Below are positions 26,289 to 37,700 of a stretch of DNA of 64,000 nt, piece after piece. The position numbers and the translations under genes are program-made. Numbering within the stretch: the first letter of the stretch is position 1; each line of letters starts with the position of its first letter. Under the pieces are notes generated by a model. It was not told where the DNA came from and ran no database searches. It saw only the letters and a program-made list of their open reading frames with translations. The DNA comes from Psammoneis japonica (lineage: Eukaryota), in NCBI GenBank assembly GCA_008632985.1, contig QPGO01000185.1:62001-126000 (forward strand), read 5' to 3'.

Positions 26289-27887
26289 ATGCAATCTGGT
26301 TCCAATGGCTCTCAACTTCGTCCTTCTAAATTATTTGTGTCGAGTTGCATGGTCTGGATTACTTGCGTGAAAATCCTTTGCATGAGATCTTACCGATCTA
26401 CTGACTTTGACGTGCACCGCAACTGGCTTGCAATTACGAAGAACTTACCACATGATCAATGGTACTTTGACAGCGTTAACGGAACCACGGTGCATACGCT
26501 TGACTACCCACCAGGTTTCGCTTATTTTGAGTTGCTCTTGAGCAGCAACGCTGTGACCAACTATTTGCTAGGAAATGATATTCTGGACGAGCGATGCCTA
26601 GCCCTCCTTCCAGACACCGACAATGAGCCATCGCGGGCTTGCATAGTCTTTCAAAGGGCCACGGTTATCATTTCGGACTTGGTGCTATGGCTCGGAGCAT
26701 ATGTACTTTGCTATGCAAATAGTGAAGGGAACGCATCATCAAGACAGATTCAGAAATCACGAGTTTCATTCCTCCTCATCACAATGAATACCGGACTCTT
26801 TTGGTTGGATCACATGCACTTTCAATACAACGGCATGCTTCTTGGTCTTCTGCTCCTTTCTGTTGGATTTTTTGTTCGGGGTTCCGAATCAAATAGTGGC
26901 TATTCTCATCATTTCAATCACCTGATGGGAGCAATCACGTTCGCTGTTCTCTTGACATCGAAACATCTCTATCTTCCGTTGGCGCCCTTTTACTTTGTCT
27001 ACCTGCTACGCAAGTATTGTGTAGTCAACGATTCCTTTTCACTGAAGCGATTCATGGCGCTAGCGTTGGTAACGGGCTCTACCTTAATCCTTCCGTTCCT
27101 TCCTTTTCTGAGAACCGATCCAAGAGCACAAATGTCGCAGATGCTTTCACGACTCTTCCCGTTTGTCCGTGGTCTTTGTCATGATTACTGGGCAGCAAAC
27201 GTCTGGGCACTGTACATGGCAGCTGATAAAGTCTTGTCTTTTCTTGGACGCAAGTTGAAAATACCCTTCAGCCTACCCACGGTCCCGCCCAGCGCAACTG
27301 CCATCCTGCTTGTGATTGGGTTGGTTCCTGCACTGGTGTGCGCATGGCAAAATGCCGCGAAAGCCTCCAAAAGTCGTGCCACGGGATTGATGTATACTGT
27401 GATATTTTGCTCCTTGACAGCTTTCATGTTGGCATATCATGCACATGAAAAAGCAATCATGACCGCTGTCATTCCCATGACATATCTCGCGGTGACTACA
27501 GAGGAAAATGCGCGACTTTACATGAGAATGTGTGCGCTTGGGCTATTTGGATTGACACCTTTATTGTTTCGACCAACTGAATTGCTGTTCAAGACTTTTT
27601 CCTACATTGGATTTTTGGCATTCGCTGTGAACGAGCTTGAAAAGCTATTTGGATGCAAGCTGCTGTGCAAATGGGATTATGTCGGCATGGTGCTACTGCT
27701 AGCCGTCTCTCTTTTCCTGGAGGTCATTCATCCACTTGTTTTGCAGCCTCATGGACTTTTTGAATTCTTGCCGCTAATGATTGTTTCTATCGTTTGCGCC
27801 GTTGGATTGGTTGGATGCTGGTTTCAACTTGGGTGGCTAATGATACGCACGAATTCACGTTCTATTGCGTCTGACAAACGGGCGTGA
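26289..27887 (+). CDS. ALG8: Dol-P-Glc alpha-1,3-glucosyltransferase ALG8
   Basis: YRSTDFDVHRNWLAIT, TLDYPP, DHMHFQYNG, SRLFPFVRGLCHDYWAANVWALY, HAHEKAI. Confidence 0.95.
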   Translation: MQSGSNGSQLRPSKLFVSSCMVWITCVKILCMRSYRSTDFDVHRNWLAITKNLPHDQWYFDSVNGTTVHTLDYPPGFAYFELLLSSNAVTNYLLGNDILDERCLALLPDTDNEPSRACIVFQRATVIISDLVLWLGAYVLCYANSEGNASSRQIQKSRVSFLLITMNTGLFWLDHMHFQYNGMLLGLLLLSVGFFVRGSESNSGYSHHFNHLMGAITFAVLLTSKHLYLPLAPFYFVYLLRKYCVVNDSFSLKRFMALALVTGSTLILPFLPFLRTDPRAQMSQMLSRLFPFVRGLCHDYWAANVWALYMAADKVLSFLGRKLKIPFSLPTVPPSATAILLVIGLVPALVCAWQNAAKASKSRATGLMYTVIFCSLTAFMLAYHAHEKAIMTAVIPMTYLAVTTEENARLYMRMCALGLFGLTPLLFRPTELLFKTFSYIGFLAFAVNELEKLFGCKLLCKWDYVGMVLLLAVSLFLEVIHPLVLQPHGLFEFLPLMIVSIVCAVGLVGCWFQLGWLMIRTNSRSIASDKRA

Positions 27888-28117
27888 TTGGCTATTGCTT
27901 GAACGGCGTAACCATGCCGGTACCTATATGTGCTAGAACATCTCAATGATAAACCAAACGACACTACTTGAGAACACTGCTACTTTAGACTTTGAAGAAA
28001 TCAAAAGAGTTGTGTATTTAGTTTCCCAGATGAGAGCGTCCGAGGAAAGAGAAAAAACCAAGGTTTGGGTTGTTATACTTCTATTGTGCGCGAAGGTTGT
28101 TGACTTGTTTTCAGGTG

Positions 28118-29234
28118 CTAACGTGAGCCTTCGTCTATAGCTTTTTGTAACACCATCATCACTGTCATGGACAACGTCGAGATAACTCCGGTTGTGACAG
28201 CATCGGTGTCTTCATATGCCTCTCCCAATAGCTCAAAGAAAGCTACCCAAGCCATTGCACCGCCAGCAAAGCCCAAACCTACAGGGAGGACGGGGATGAA
28301 GTAGTCAACAAAAAGATATGCTGGGACAGCCATGATGGGTTGTGGGATACTAGTCACAATAGCCCATAGAGCCGCAGTGAGGTTTGCATTCTTTCGTGGC
28401 AGCAACGCTACGGCAATGGCTAGTCCTTCCGGAATGTTATGCACAGCAAGGCTTGCAGATATAAACACACCCAACTCGTGGCCATTGGAACCCCCAAAGC
28501 TCACCCCGATCCCTACTCCTTCGGAAAAAGAGTGAAGAGTCATCACAAAGAAAATAAGCAACGCCCGTCGAGCATCAGCGCCTCCCAGCCCTTCCACCTT
28601 GTATTCCTCATGATGTTCCAGGAAAGTTTTCGTCAAATAAATAAAGCCAAGACCGAGGAATGCTCCCATAGCAGTGCGCACCTCACTTGAGATATGCGTC
28701 GTGTCTTCAGCCTCATCGAAAGTGTAACCCTCGAGCATCAGAGAGTAACTGGCAGACACCATCATACCCGCAGCCACGGCTGAGATAAGCGGGAAGAAAG
28801 TCAGCTTGGTGTTACCATGAACAAAGACGGTCCAAAACAAAGCTGCGTAGAGGTAACTTACCGTTCGAGACACCAACCCAATACGTGTCCAAGTCTGGGA
28901 CAAATACAAGAGGAAGGACGCCGAGCCCGGTACTTATAGCGGTGATCCAGCCGTAGTACCAAACATGCTGAATTGTCGGCTTCCCTATTGGTTGGAATGG
29001 TTCAGGGAGAGTAACGTAGCTCACAATAGCAATAACAGCGGCAGCCATTATAGCCATCTTGGGTGTTTTCACTGGGCCGTGTCCTCCATCTTGCTGTTTT
29101 GTTGTGTCAGCCGATTTGCCATTTCTAGATTCAGCCGTTTCCTTAGATTCACCGCCTGTAGGCATGTCTTTAGATTCATCGGCTGCATTTTTCCCTTTCG
29201 CGTTTTCACTCTTCTGGCTTCTTGTCTCGACCAT
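28118..29234 (-). CDS. ZIP-family metal transporter (ZupT/GufA type)
   Basis: STGLGVLP, AAGMMVSAS, TLHSFSEGVGIG, AVHNIPEGLA, GFAGGAM. Intron 28861-28780. Confidence 0.92.
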
Positions 29235-29851
29235 CGTTCCTTACAGTACTATCGAAGACTCGCCAATCGTTTTCAAGCAGGAAGTATACAATTATAAGGA
29301 GCAACGACCGGATGTCACCGTTCCACGCCAAAATGACTGAGAACAAAAAGTCACAAACTTCTTGTCGAAACTTGGTCGAAAGTACCAAAAATTGTCGCGC
29401 TTGCCGCTCCAATAAAGATCCTCTGTCGGCCTTGAGATGTCTGTAAAGAAATAACTCTACTCTAGAGTAAAGAAAGAGCAAGTTTGTCACCTAGAACTTC
29501 CAATGGCAACAGAAATGCTTCACGTTGTTATTGCGTACGTTCGATGTTCGATTGTTGAACACCATCGTTTTGCATGCGACGCCGGTAGCGGTCGACGTCC
29601 ACACGGGCGAGGTGACGATACTTCTCGCGCGCGCCACCGTTTCACGCGCGGACTGACTGTGAGGTTGCATCCCAGACTGCGCGGAGTCGAACGATTCAAT
29701 CAAAACTGTCCGTTGAAAAGTGCGAACCACCACGCGCCGTGCGGACGATTCCCTTCACAAGATTCAAAAAAATGTGAGACAAGATAGAGGCAAACAAAAA
29801 CTCCAAAACAGCACAGTCGGTACATATCATACCAGCTATAGCTACCTCCTC

Positions 29852-31348
29852 ATGATGAGCACTCTTTTTCTTATACTGATAGCGTTGATATTACATACAG
29901 TGATATCTACTGTCTATGTCGACGACGGCTTTGAGCCACCGATCAATTCCTTCTTGGCCGATTCTCCTTGGCCTCAATCGCAACGCAACTCATACGCCCA
30001 AGCCAGCAGTCCTTTTGCGGGGCCCACCCAAGCCGACGAGTTAGAGGTAGACTACCTGGAGTCCGCCCCGGGAGGCATAACGCTTTCGTATTCTAACCCC
30101 GACAGTAATGGCGACCGTTCCTTGTGGCAAAACAATGTCGTGTGCGCCGGCACGGTCGACACAAGGAATGAAGAACTAAAAGACAGTGGAAAGCACTGCG
30201 ACAGCGTTCCTACCCTGGATCCCATTGCAGGAGCTTATACATTGCTCGATGTCGACGGCATCTTTTATGCTCCCCGAGAAGCCACCTTGCGATCCTTCCA
30301 AAACGAAGTAGCAGGAGATCCTTTTTCGAGTGTGATCCCAGTGCAGGAATTCCCGCTGCCCGACTCGGCCAAAGGCGGTCCGGGAGACAACGTGAGGGGC
30401 ATTGGAATGCTGTACGATGGCAATTTGGTGTTCTCGACTGCAATGGGCGTAGTTGGAGTGATTGGACGAGATTTTACTGGTCTTCAAACTCTGAAACTAG
30501 AAGGCGAAGAAATCTCCAACTCATTGTCTTTGGACGAGGAAGGCGGAATCTACGTTGTCACCAGTAAGAAAATGCATCGAATCCAGTGGGACAGCAATTC
30601 GCTTAGCATCGCGTGGTCGGCCGATTATGACGTGGGACCCGATAATCCAGCAGGAGGACGTCTCGGGCCAGGTTCCGGGTCGACTCCAACTCTGATGGGC
30701 ACAGGTAGCGACACTGACAAATTCGTGGTCATCACCGACGGACAAGAGCTCACGCACCTGGTTTTGTTTTGGAGGGACAAGATTCCAGCCGACTGGAAGC
30801 CCATTGCTCCTGGTAAGGACATTCGGATAGCAGCCGAAGTTCCCGTTACCTTCGGAGATCCCAATGCGGTCACGGCCGTGACAGAACAATCCGTCTTGGT
30901 CCGGGGATATGGTGCAATGGTGGTAAACAATGACTATGGGGTTAACTTTCCTGGTTGGGTACCAGCTTTGTTCCAACAGCTCTTTGTAGTAGTTACTAAT
31001 AAGAGACCCTTCGCCCCGTACGGAGTGGAGAAGTTTGAATGGGATTCCACTACTCGTACCTTGGAGAGCGTATGGTCCAATGACATTAGCTGTCCCAACG
31101 GCATCCCGACAATGAGCGCCGCCACCAACTTGGCCTATTGCGTTGGTCAACGTAAGGGCGTTTGGAATATTGAAGCAATGGACTGGAGTACTGGTGAGAG
31201 TGTGTTTTTTAAAGAATTGGGTCAAAACGTCGTAGGGAAATCATCCGTTGTCTACAACAGTGCATACGCAGCTACTACGGTTGGAATCAATGGGGAGATT
31301 CTTAGCGGGGTCTTTTCCGGCATTGTTCGAGCACGTATAAAGGCATGA
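29852..31348 (+). CDS. Secreted intronless protein, probable beta-propeller, bacterial-like hypothetical family
   Basis: Signal peptide MMSTLFLILIALILHTVIS, 498-aa ORF, motifs DSPWPQSQRNSYAQAS, GSGSTPTLMG, FVVITDG, LFWRD.IP.DW. Function unknown. Confidence 0.65.
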   Translation: MMSTLFLILIALILHTVISTVYVDDGFEPPINSFLADSPWPQSQRNSYAQASSPFAGPTQADELEVDYLESAPGGITLSYSNPDSNGDRSLWQNNVVCAGTVDTRNEELKDSGKHCDSVPTLDPIAGAYTLLDVDGIFYAPREATLRSFQNEVAGDPFSSVIPVQEFPLPDSAKGGPGDNVRGIGMLYDGNLVFSTAMGVVGVIGRDFTGLQTLKLEGEEISNSLSLDEEGGIYVVTSKKMHRIQWDSNSLSIAWSADYDVGPDNPAGGRLGPGSGSTPTLMGTGSDTDKFVVITDGQELTHLVLFWRDKIPADWKPIAPGKDIRIAAEVPVTFGDPNAVTAVTEQSVLVRGYGAMVVNNDYGVNFPGWVPALFQQLFVVVTNKRPFAPYGVEKFEWDSTTRTLESVWSNDISCPNGIPTMSAATNLAYCVGQRKGVWNIEAMDWSTGESVFFKELGQNVVGKSSVVYNSAYAATTVGINGEILSGVFSGIVRARIKA

Positions 31349-31903
31349 GAGACGCTGGAAGTGAAAATAATGATGGTAACATTTGCCAAGCATTCTAGTT
31401 AGATAGACATTGCTGCTAGTTTTAGAGTAATTTGCAAAATTCGCTGCTTTCGCCAATCGTCATGGGTGTAAGAAAACGAGTTCTCCAATTCCCGCTCCAG
31501 CTTTGTGCATTCGTCGGGGTTTCCACGATAGTGCCATCCACTTCATGCAGGAAAAGCACAGCAGGTATAACTCCAACAGTGATAATCCTTTTGACCAGAA
31601 GAAGACAGTGCGGGGTAGACCAACCACTTTGTGATGACTCGGCTAACATGATGGATGGCAGGCACAGCATTCAAACTGGAAAAACAATCCCGTGGTGTAG
31701 ATGAGTTTGCGAATGACAAAAGCTTACTTAGCTTCCCGATGTGTACCTATTTTAGACACAGCCCCAGAGATTAAATAATATGAAAAAAGTTTCAACCAGG
31801 GATGAAGGAACGGACAAGGCAAATATACCACGCATCTGTCAGCCCGGGATGTGATACAGAAACAGAGTTACAAGCGTACTGTTGCGACATTGTCCTGAAG
31901 GTC

Positions 31904-34182
31904 TTATGAATCGGAGTCTGCTGAGGTCGAATCTTCTTCTGAAACAGTCTCGTCTCCATCTTCGGCATCTTCCTCTTCCCCGTTTACTTCACTTTCGTCG
32001 TCAGTGACGTCGTGTTCAAACAGTGTGCCACCTCCACCATCAATCAATTCGCCCTTGTTTTTATCATCTTTAGCATAGATCCCTATCGACTGCATTGTGT
32101 GACTACCTTTCTTTCGGTTCTTTTTTGCCGCTGCACGTTCGGCAAGCATACTTGCTGACGAGGTCGCTGCTTCCTCTTTGTCTCCAACCACTTTGGCGAC
32201 TATGAATGCTGCGGGCAAGAGTCCGTGTTCACGAAGTGACTTTTGCATAGATGAATCGTCAGTGGACTTGACAACCAGACGCTTTGCGATGCAAGTCAAC
32301 TGGATTTCTTCTCCCTCCTCTTGCGAAATTGGAAGCAAAGCTAGTATCGCACTGAGAGGCTCATCTCCGTCTATACTGGACTCAATGACTTTGTTTTTTC
32401 CTTCCACCCGAAGTTTTAATCTGCAGATGTTCTTGGCACTTTCATCTTCTTCTCCCTCTTTCTCCTCCTCGACTTCTTCCGCAGGTTTTGCAGCGGCGAG
32501 ACGGGATCTCTCGATTTCATCCCTTCGTTTGCGTTCCGCTTTTGCAATTGCTGACCGGTTCTTGTCTATCCACTTATCAATGTAGTCCCTCACCACAATA
32601 AGTGGAGCCACGTTTACAACGGCCTTGCTCTTCCCCATGACCAGCGTGTTAGGACCATCTTGGACAAAACCGACAGATTTCAGAATAGCAATACATTGAG
32701 GGAACGCAGCAACTTTAGCGGCAATGACTTTATTCTGTAGATTCACTTTTCGAAACTTGGTTTCGTACGGATCGCGAATGATATTCGACATGAGCGACCG
32801 CAAAACCTTTGCTGATTCTCCTGCATCCACCATGTCACCTGCGTCAACGAGAGCGTCAAGGGAGTCCGAGGTCCGTACTTGCAATCTCTCGCGCTGCGAA
32901 AAAGAAAAGGAAGCCGTCCCCGCTGCCTTGACCAACTTCGAAGAAAGGTTAGCATAGTTTTCTTTATCTTCTTTCGAGACTGGTGGATCAAACGGTGCTC
33001 CCGGCATTAAAAGTCCCATCATGAAATTCTTCATAAAGTCCTGGCTATTCGGCATCCCTTGAAAACTGTTGAGTATCTTTCCCTTGCTGACAGCAAACAC
33101 AGTCGGAAGTGCCTTTACCTCCAGCGCTGCACTGATTGGTCTCTCATTGTCTGTGTTGACCTTGACAAGACGAAATGCCCCTCCTGCCTTTACTGCCATC
33201 TCTTCCAATGCAGGCGAAAGTGTCTTACACGGGCCACACCAATCGGCGTACACATAGAGGAGTAGAGGGACGGGTGATTCAACCACCAGCTCGTGAATTT
33301 CGGACGACTTGGCATCAAACACAACATCAGCTTTCTTGGCTGGCGCTGGTGGCGTCATGGCTGGTTTCGGCTGTGGTGCTGGCACGGTAACCTTTGGTTC
33401 CACAAACGTTTGAGGAAAGTCTGCTGCCGGGATTTCTACGCGAGTCTTTTCGACAGGTTGTGGCGACGTAGGTGGTGCTGATGCCGCCTCTTCTTCCTCG
33501 TCCTCTTGATCTGCAATCAGAATGGCGCGCGCATTGTTTATATCCATATCGGCAAACGCCAACGCCCTCCGACTCAAAAAACTGCTGTATCCCTCCCCAA
33601 CGAGTTGCTTTACCTGGTTGGAAAAACATTTTAAAAAATGTGAGTACAGAAAACCAAAGCTTCAATAGTCCTGTCCGCGGTTTTCATTCCACCTACCTCT
33701 GCCGCTTCTTCCGACACTTGCCCAATCATGTCTAGCTCTTGCTGAATCATGGCTCGTGCGGCATTTTCGTCATATTTGGGCTCATCTTCGAGTGCGTTAT
33801 GCGCTGTCGCGCCTACTGCAGCCATGACCAGATTCTTGTCAACCTTCATGTCTTTTGCAATACGATCCACCATTGCATGGACTCCTTCTTCCTTCACTAA
33901 TGTTGTAGGAGCCTTCGATTGTTCTGTTGAAGCAGATGATAACATGCTTTTCTTTCCTGAAACTGGACTATCCGCAGTCTCGTCAGCCGATGGCACGCTG
34001 AGCCCTAGTTTTCGCATCGCAGCCTGCACCTTTTTATCCAAATCTTCTTCGGTTGAAGCTTCTCCTCCTCGAATACTCCAGAATGCTGGCATGTTTGGTC
34101 TACAGTTGCCCCACGCAGCACGATGTGCATGTGACGTATGAGCTTGAAAAGCCAAAGCAAAAAGTAACCAATACTTCTTCAT
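31904..34182 (-). CDS. Signal/RGG-presequence UBA-thioredoxin-PUB-UBX-like protein (sPUB-like, SELMA-associated)
   Basis: Signal peptide plus WSIRGG, intron 33696-33614, UBA-like VKQLVGEGYSSFLSRRAL, thioredoxin WCGPC, PUB domain NIIRDPYETKFRKVNLQN..ILKSVGF, ubiquitin-like CRLKLRV segment. Confidence 0.85.
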
Positions 34183-34881
34183 TTTGACGTAAGGGACGGT
34201 TGACGCGTGTCAATTGCAAAAAGCGTGAGATGATCAGGGACGCGATATCAATTGAAAGATCTTGCGATTCTTTCTGTGACCTGTGATTGACTCGTATGAC
34301 TTTCACAATAGGTGAGACGGTCGGGGGATGAGGTAGTGATAAATGCTTCAAAGTATCAATTGTAAAGGAACAAAAATGATTTACGGATCTACTCGCGTTG
34401 ATTTGTTTTCGTTGTCGAAAGCGTGAAAGAGCTTGTCAGTTTTCAATTTTGTGCGGCTGTGACGCAAGTTGAAGTGTCGTGAATATAAAACCTTCATGTC
34501 TGAGGTTAGATAACTTAAAGATTCATAGAAACCCGGAAACCATGAAATTTCATTCGCATTTGTCCGTTGCGTCAGAGGCATACTACGGTAATTGCTACCG
34601 GTACATACCAAATTTTGGTACACAAATACTGTACTGTAGACGTATGATAGACTTGCATCTGTCATTGGGGGCAGTTGGACTGAGTTGGACGAACCCAAAC
34701 CATCCACGGGGTCTCTGACAGCCATACAGACACCACGGTAAGGTATTTTTTCGTTTCTCGAACGGCTATCGCCAGAACAAAAGACGCCATCACTACCTAC
34801 TGTATCAGCTATCAGTGTAGACTAGAATTGTTACTTGTAGTCGAAAAGATCGAGAGTTTGGTCAGAAAAGCAATCCAAACC

Positions 34882-36544
34882 ATGGCCTCAGAGGTATGGT
34901 TGGTTGGAATCGATTTGTTGGTTGTTGCGCTGGTCTTGACAATGGACAGGTTGTCGCGTGGGAGCAACGTGCTTTTGGCGCGAATCGAGAAAATGCCTGA
35001 ACAAATCATGCTCTGACCCAGGTTCTGATCAGTACTTTCGCCACACTGTAACTCAAAACCGACTCTTTTCAACTTTTTTGAAACATATAGGACGATACAA
35101 AGAACGAGGCACAAGAAGCCACGGCCGAGGGGGAGAAAGAAGAAGACGAAGAAGCTGTCGAACCTGAGATCGAAGCTGAAGAGAGCGAGAGAATTCGAGG
35201 AGGAGGAAAAGTGAGTGGAGCTGGTGGATCGTCGAGAGGAAGTCGCCGACACACTCCTTATGGACGCAATACGTCAGACTCCAGGGCTGGTGACGGCTCG
35301 AAAAATCGTCGTGTCTATGTAGGAAACCTTTCTTGGAATGTTTCGTGGCAGGATCTGAAGGACCACATGAAGACTACAGGCTGTGAAGTTACGCGAGCCG
35401 ATGTCATGTCCACAAACGATGGCAGATCGAAAGGTTGTGGTATTGTCGAGTTTGCCACTGCAGAAGATGCTGAGAAGGCAGTTCTCACTCTCAATGATAC
35501 GGAACTCAACGGACGCCAGATTTTCATTCGTGAAGATAGGGAGGATCAGGCAGGAAGGGGTGGCAGTTTTGCAGCAAATCCCCACCGCTTTTCTTCAGGA
35601 GAACAAGCCCAGAGCCGCAGAGTTTACGTAGGTAACCTCAGTTGGGACGTTGCTTGGCAAGATTTGAAGGATCATATGCGTCAAGCTGGGGAAGTGGTTC
35701 ACGCCGAAGTTATTACGGAAGGAAGCGGTCGCTCAAAGGGTTGCGGAGTTGTGGAGTTTGCAACTGCCGATGAAGCAGAAGAGGCGGTTCGTACCTTGAC
35801 TGACACTGAGCTTAAGGGCCGCATGATCTTTGTGAGAGAGGATAGAGAGACAAGTAGTGGAGCGGCTGGTGGGTTTTACAAGGGTGGAGGCCATCGTCAG
35901 GGGACTTCAGTATATGTTTGGAACCTGTCCTACGATACGTCCTGGCAGACTCTAAAAGATCACATGCGCGCTGCTGGAAACGTTGACCAGGTTAGTTTCA
36001 CAGCTAGTCATCGTTACAACTTTGTTGTTCATTTTTAGTTTGCTAAACCTGCTGCCTCTGCGTCTCTTTGCAAATGCAGGCAACGATACTCAGTGACCGC
36101 GACGGACGTTCGATTGGTTGTGGAGTCGTTGTTTATCAGCGTCCACAAGAGGCTGCAAGAGCCATTCGTGAGCTTCAGGATTCAGAGCTCGACGGACGCG
36201 AGATTTCCATTCGTGAAGACCGAAACCAGTCTGGAGGTGGTGGCGGACGTTCTCGAGGTGGACACGGTGGTGGTGGACATGGTGGAGGCGGCGGCGGCGG
36301 TTTCCAACTTTTCGTTGGAAACCTTTCCTACGACACCACTTGGCAAGATCTCAAGGATCACTTTAGGACGTGTGGCGACGTGGAACGTGCCGAAGTTATG
36401 GAGACGGCAGAAGGCAGGAAGAAAGGATTTGGTACCGTACGATTCTATCAGAAGAGCGATGCGGAGAACGCCATTCGTGAGCTAAACGGCGTTGAACTAC
36501 AGGGAAGGGCGCTGGATGTCCGCCTGGATCATAAGGCGCATTAA
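34882..36544 (+). CDS. Four-RRM RNA-binding protein (Gbp2/Hrb1/hnRNP-M-like)
   Basis: Repeated VYVGNLSW..SWQDLKDHM and GRSKGCG.VEF. Introns 34894-35090 and 35991-36079. Gly-rich linker. Confidence 0.92.
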
Positions 36545-37089
36545 GTCTTTTCAGATTCTTTGCATGGATCGAAGATAGTATGGGGGTACTTGTTCCTTTT
36601 GGGTGAGGGAACAGTAATTGAATGGATTGTATTGCTTGACTGTCTGACCTTGTGAGGGTGTCATTGCGTTTTGATGACAAATGTGGACTTTGACCCCCTC
36701 AGAGCCAGGAATAGATTATGATTATAGGGCCCTAGTGTCGAAGTACCTACAATGCCATTTGTGACATACTTAGATACAAGTACCGTGTATTTAGGAGCAA
36801 GAGCCCTCTTGGTTAGTTTGGTAGACAAAAGTTGTCCCTTGCACAAGCGGGTGGACACGGATCTACGACCAGGTCCAGAGATTGGAGAAAGCCTCGCCAC
36901 TGAAACTTGAAGCAAGAGAATTGAAGCACATCTCTTGGTTCTACTTGGTTCTACAAAGGAATTCGTACCGGCATGTCTCGGGTGAAACTAAAAGTATGAG
37001 TCGTGATGATTGATTGTTGCTTGTCATCGACGTGAAGCAAGGAAAGCTGCCCTCATGAGCGTTTTAGCGTCCGGTTTGCTTGGCTGACA

Positions 37090-37700
37090 CTTCATTTCCG
37101 CATGCTTTCTTGTGGCCGCCCTCCTTCCAGTGTTTCACCCGGGCAGTCTGTTGAACAGTGGATGGTCTTTTTACACCTGGAGCATTTCTGCAATGCATTT
37201 GGCCGATGCCCCAAGCAGTTGCACCCATGAGAGGAAGCCTTCACTTTTTCGTGTTGCGCAGCATGCCTTTGATCCTCAGAGATGGGCCATGACCATTGCT
37301 TCCTTTGGCATGTGGCAGCAATGGTGATCAAGGTCAAACAGAAATGGATCAAAGTCTGTGATCGCCCCCCACGTGTCATTGTGAGCAGCTCAGATGTTGC
37401 TTCTTGGATTCTTTCTGTGCACCACTGGAAACTTGGTGCAACCAAGGCACACTCTTTTTTCTGTTCCCTTGCCATTCTCTGGCAGACAAGGAGTGCCACT
37501 TCTTCTCCCAAGATTTGGACAGAAGAGTCGTTGTTGCTCTCCCAAGAAATTTGTTCTGTGGCTGTCTTGTGTGCCCACTGTTCCAATGAGAAACACAAGT
37601 GGTGTGACAAACCCACTTTGCACACAGGCATGAGCAGAGCCAACAGAACCTCTCAATCATCCATGGTGCAACAACAGCCCAACCAAGATGCCATCACATC
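37090..37700 (-). pseudogene. Decayed MYND zinc-finger gene
   Basis: LQKCSRCKKTIHCSTDC, then after a 1-bp shift RVKHWKEGGHKKACG. Matches MYND consensus C..C....YCS..CQ..HWK..HK..C with Y->H. Confidence 0.75.
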
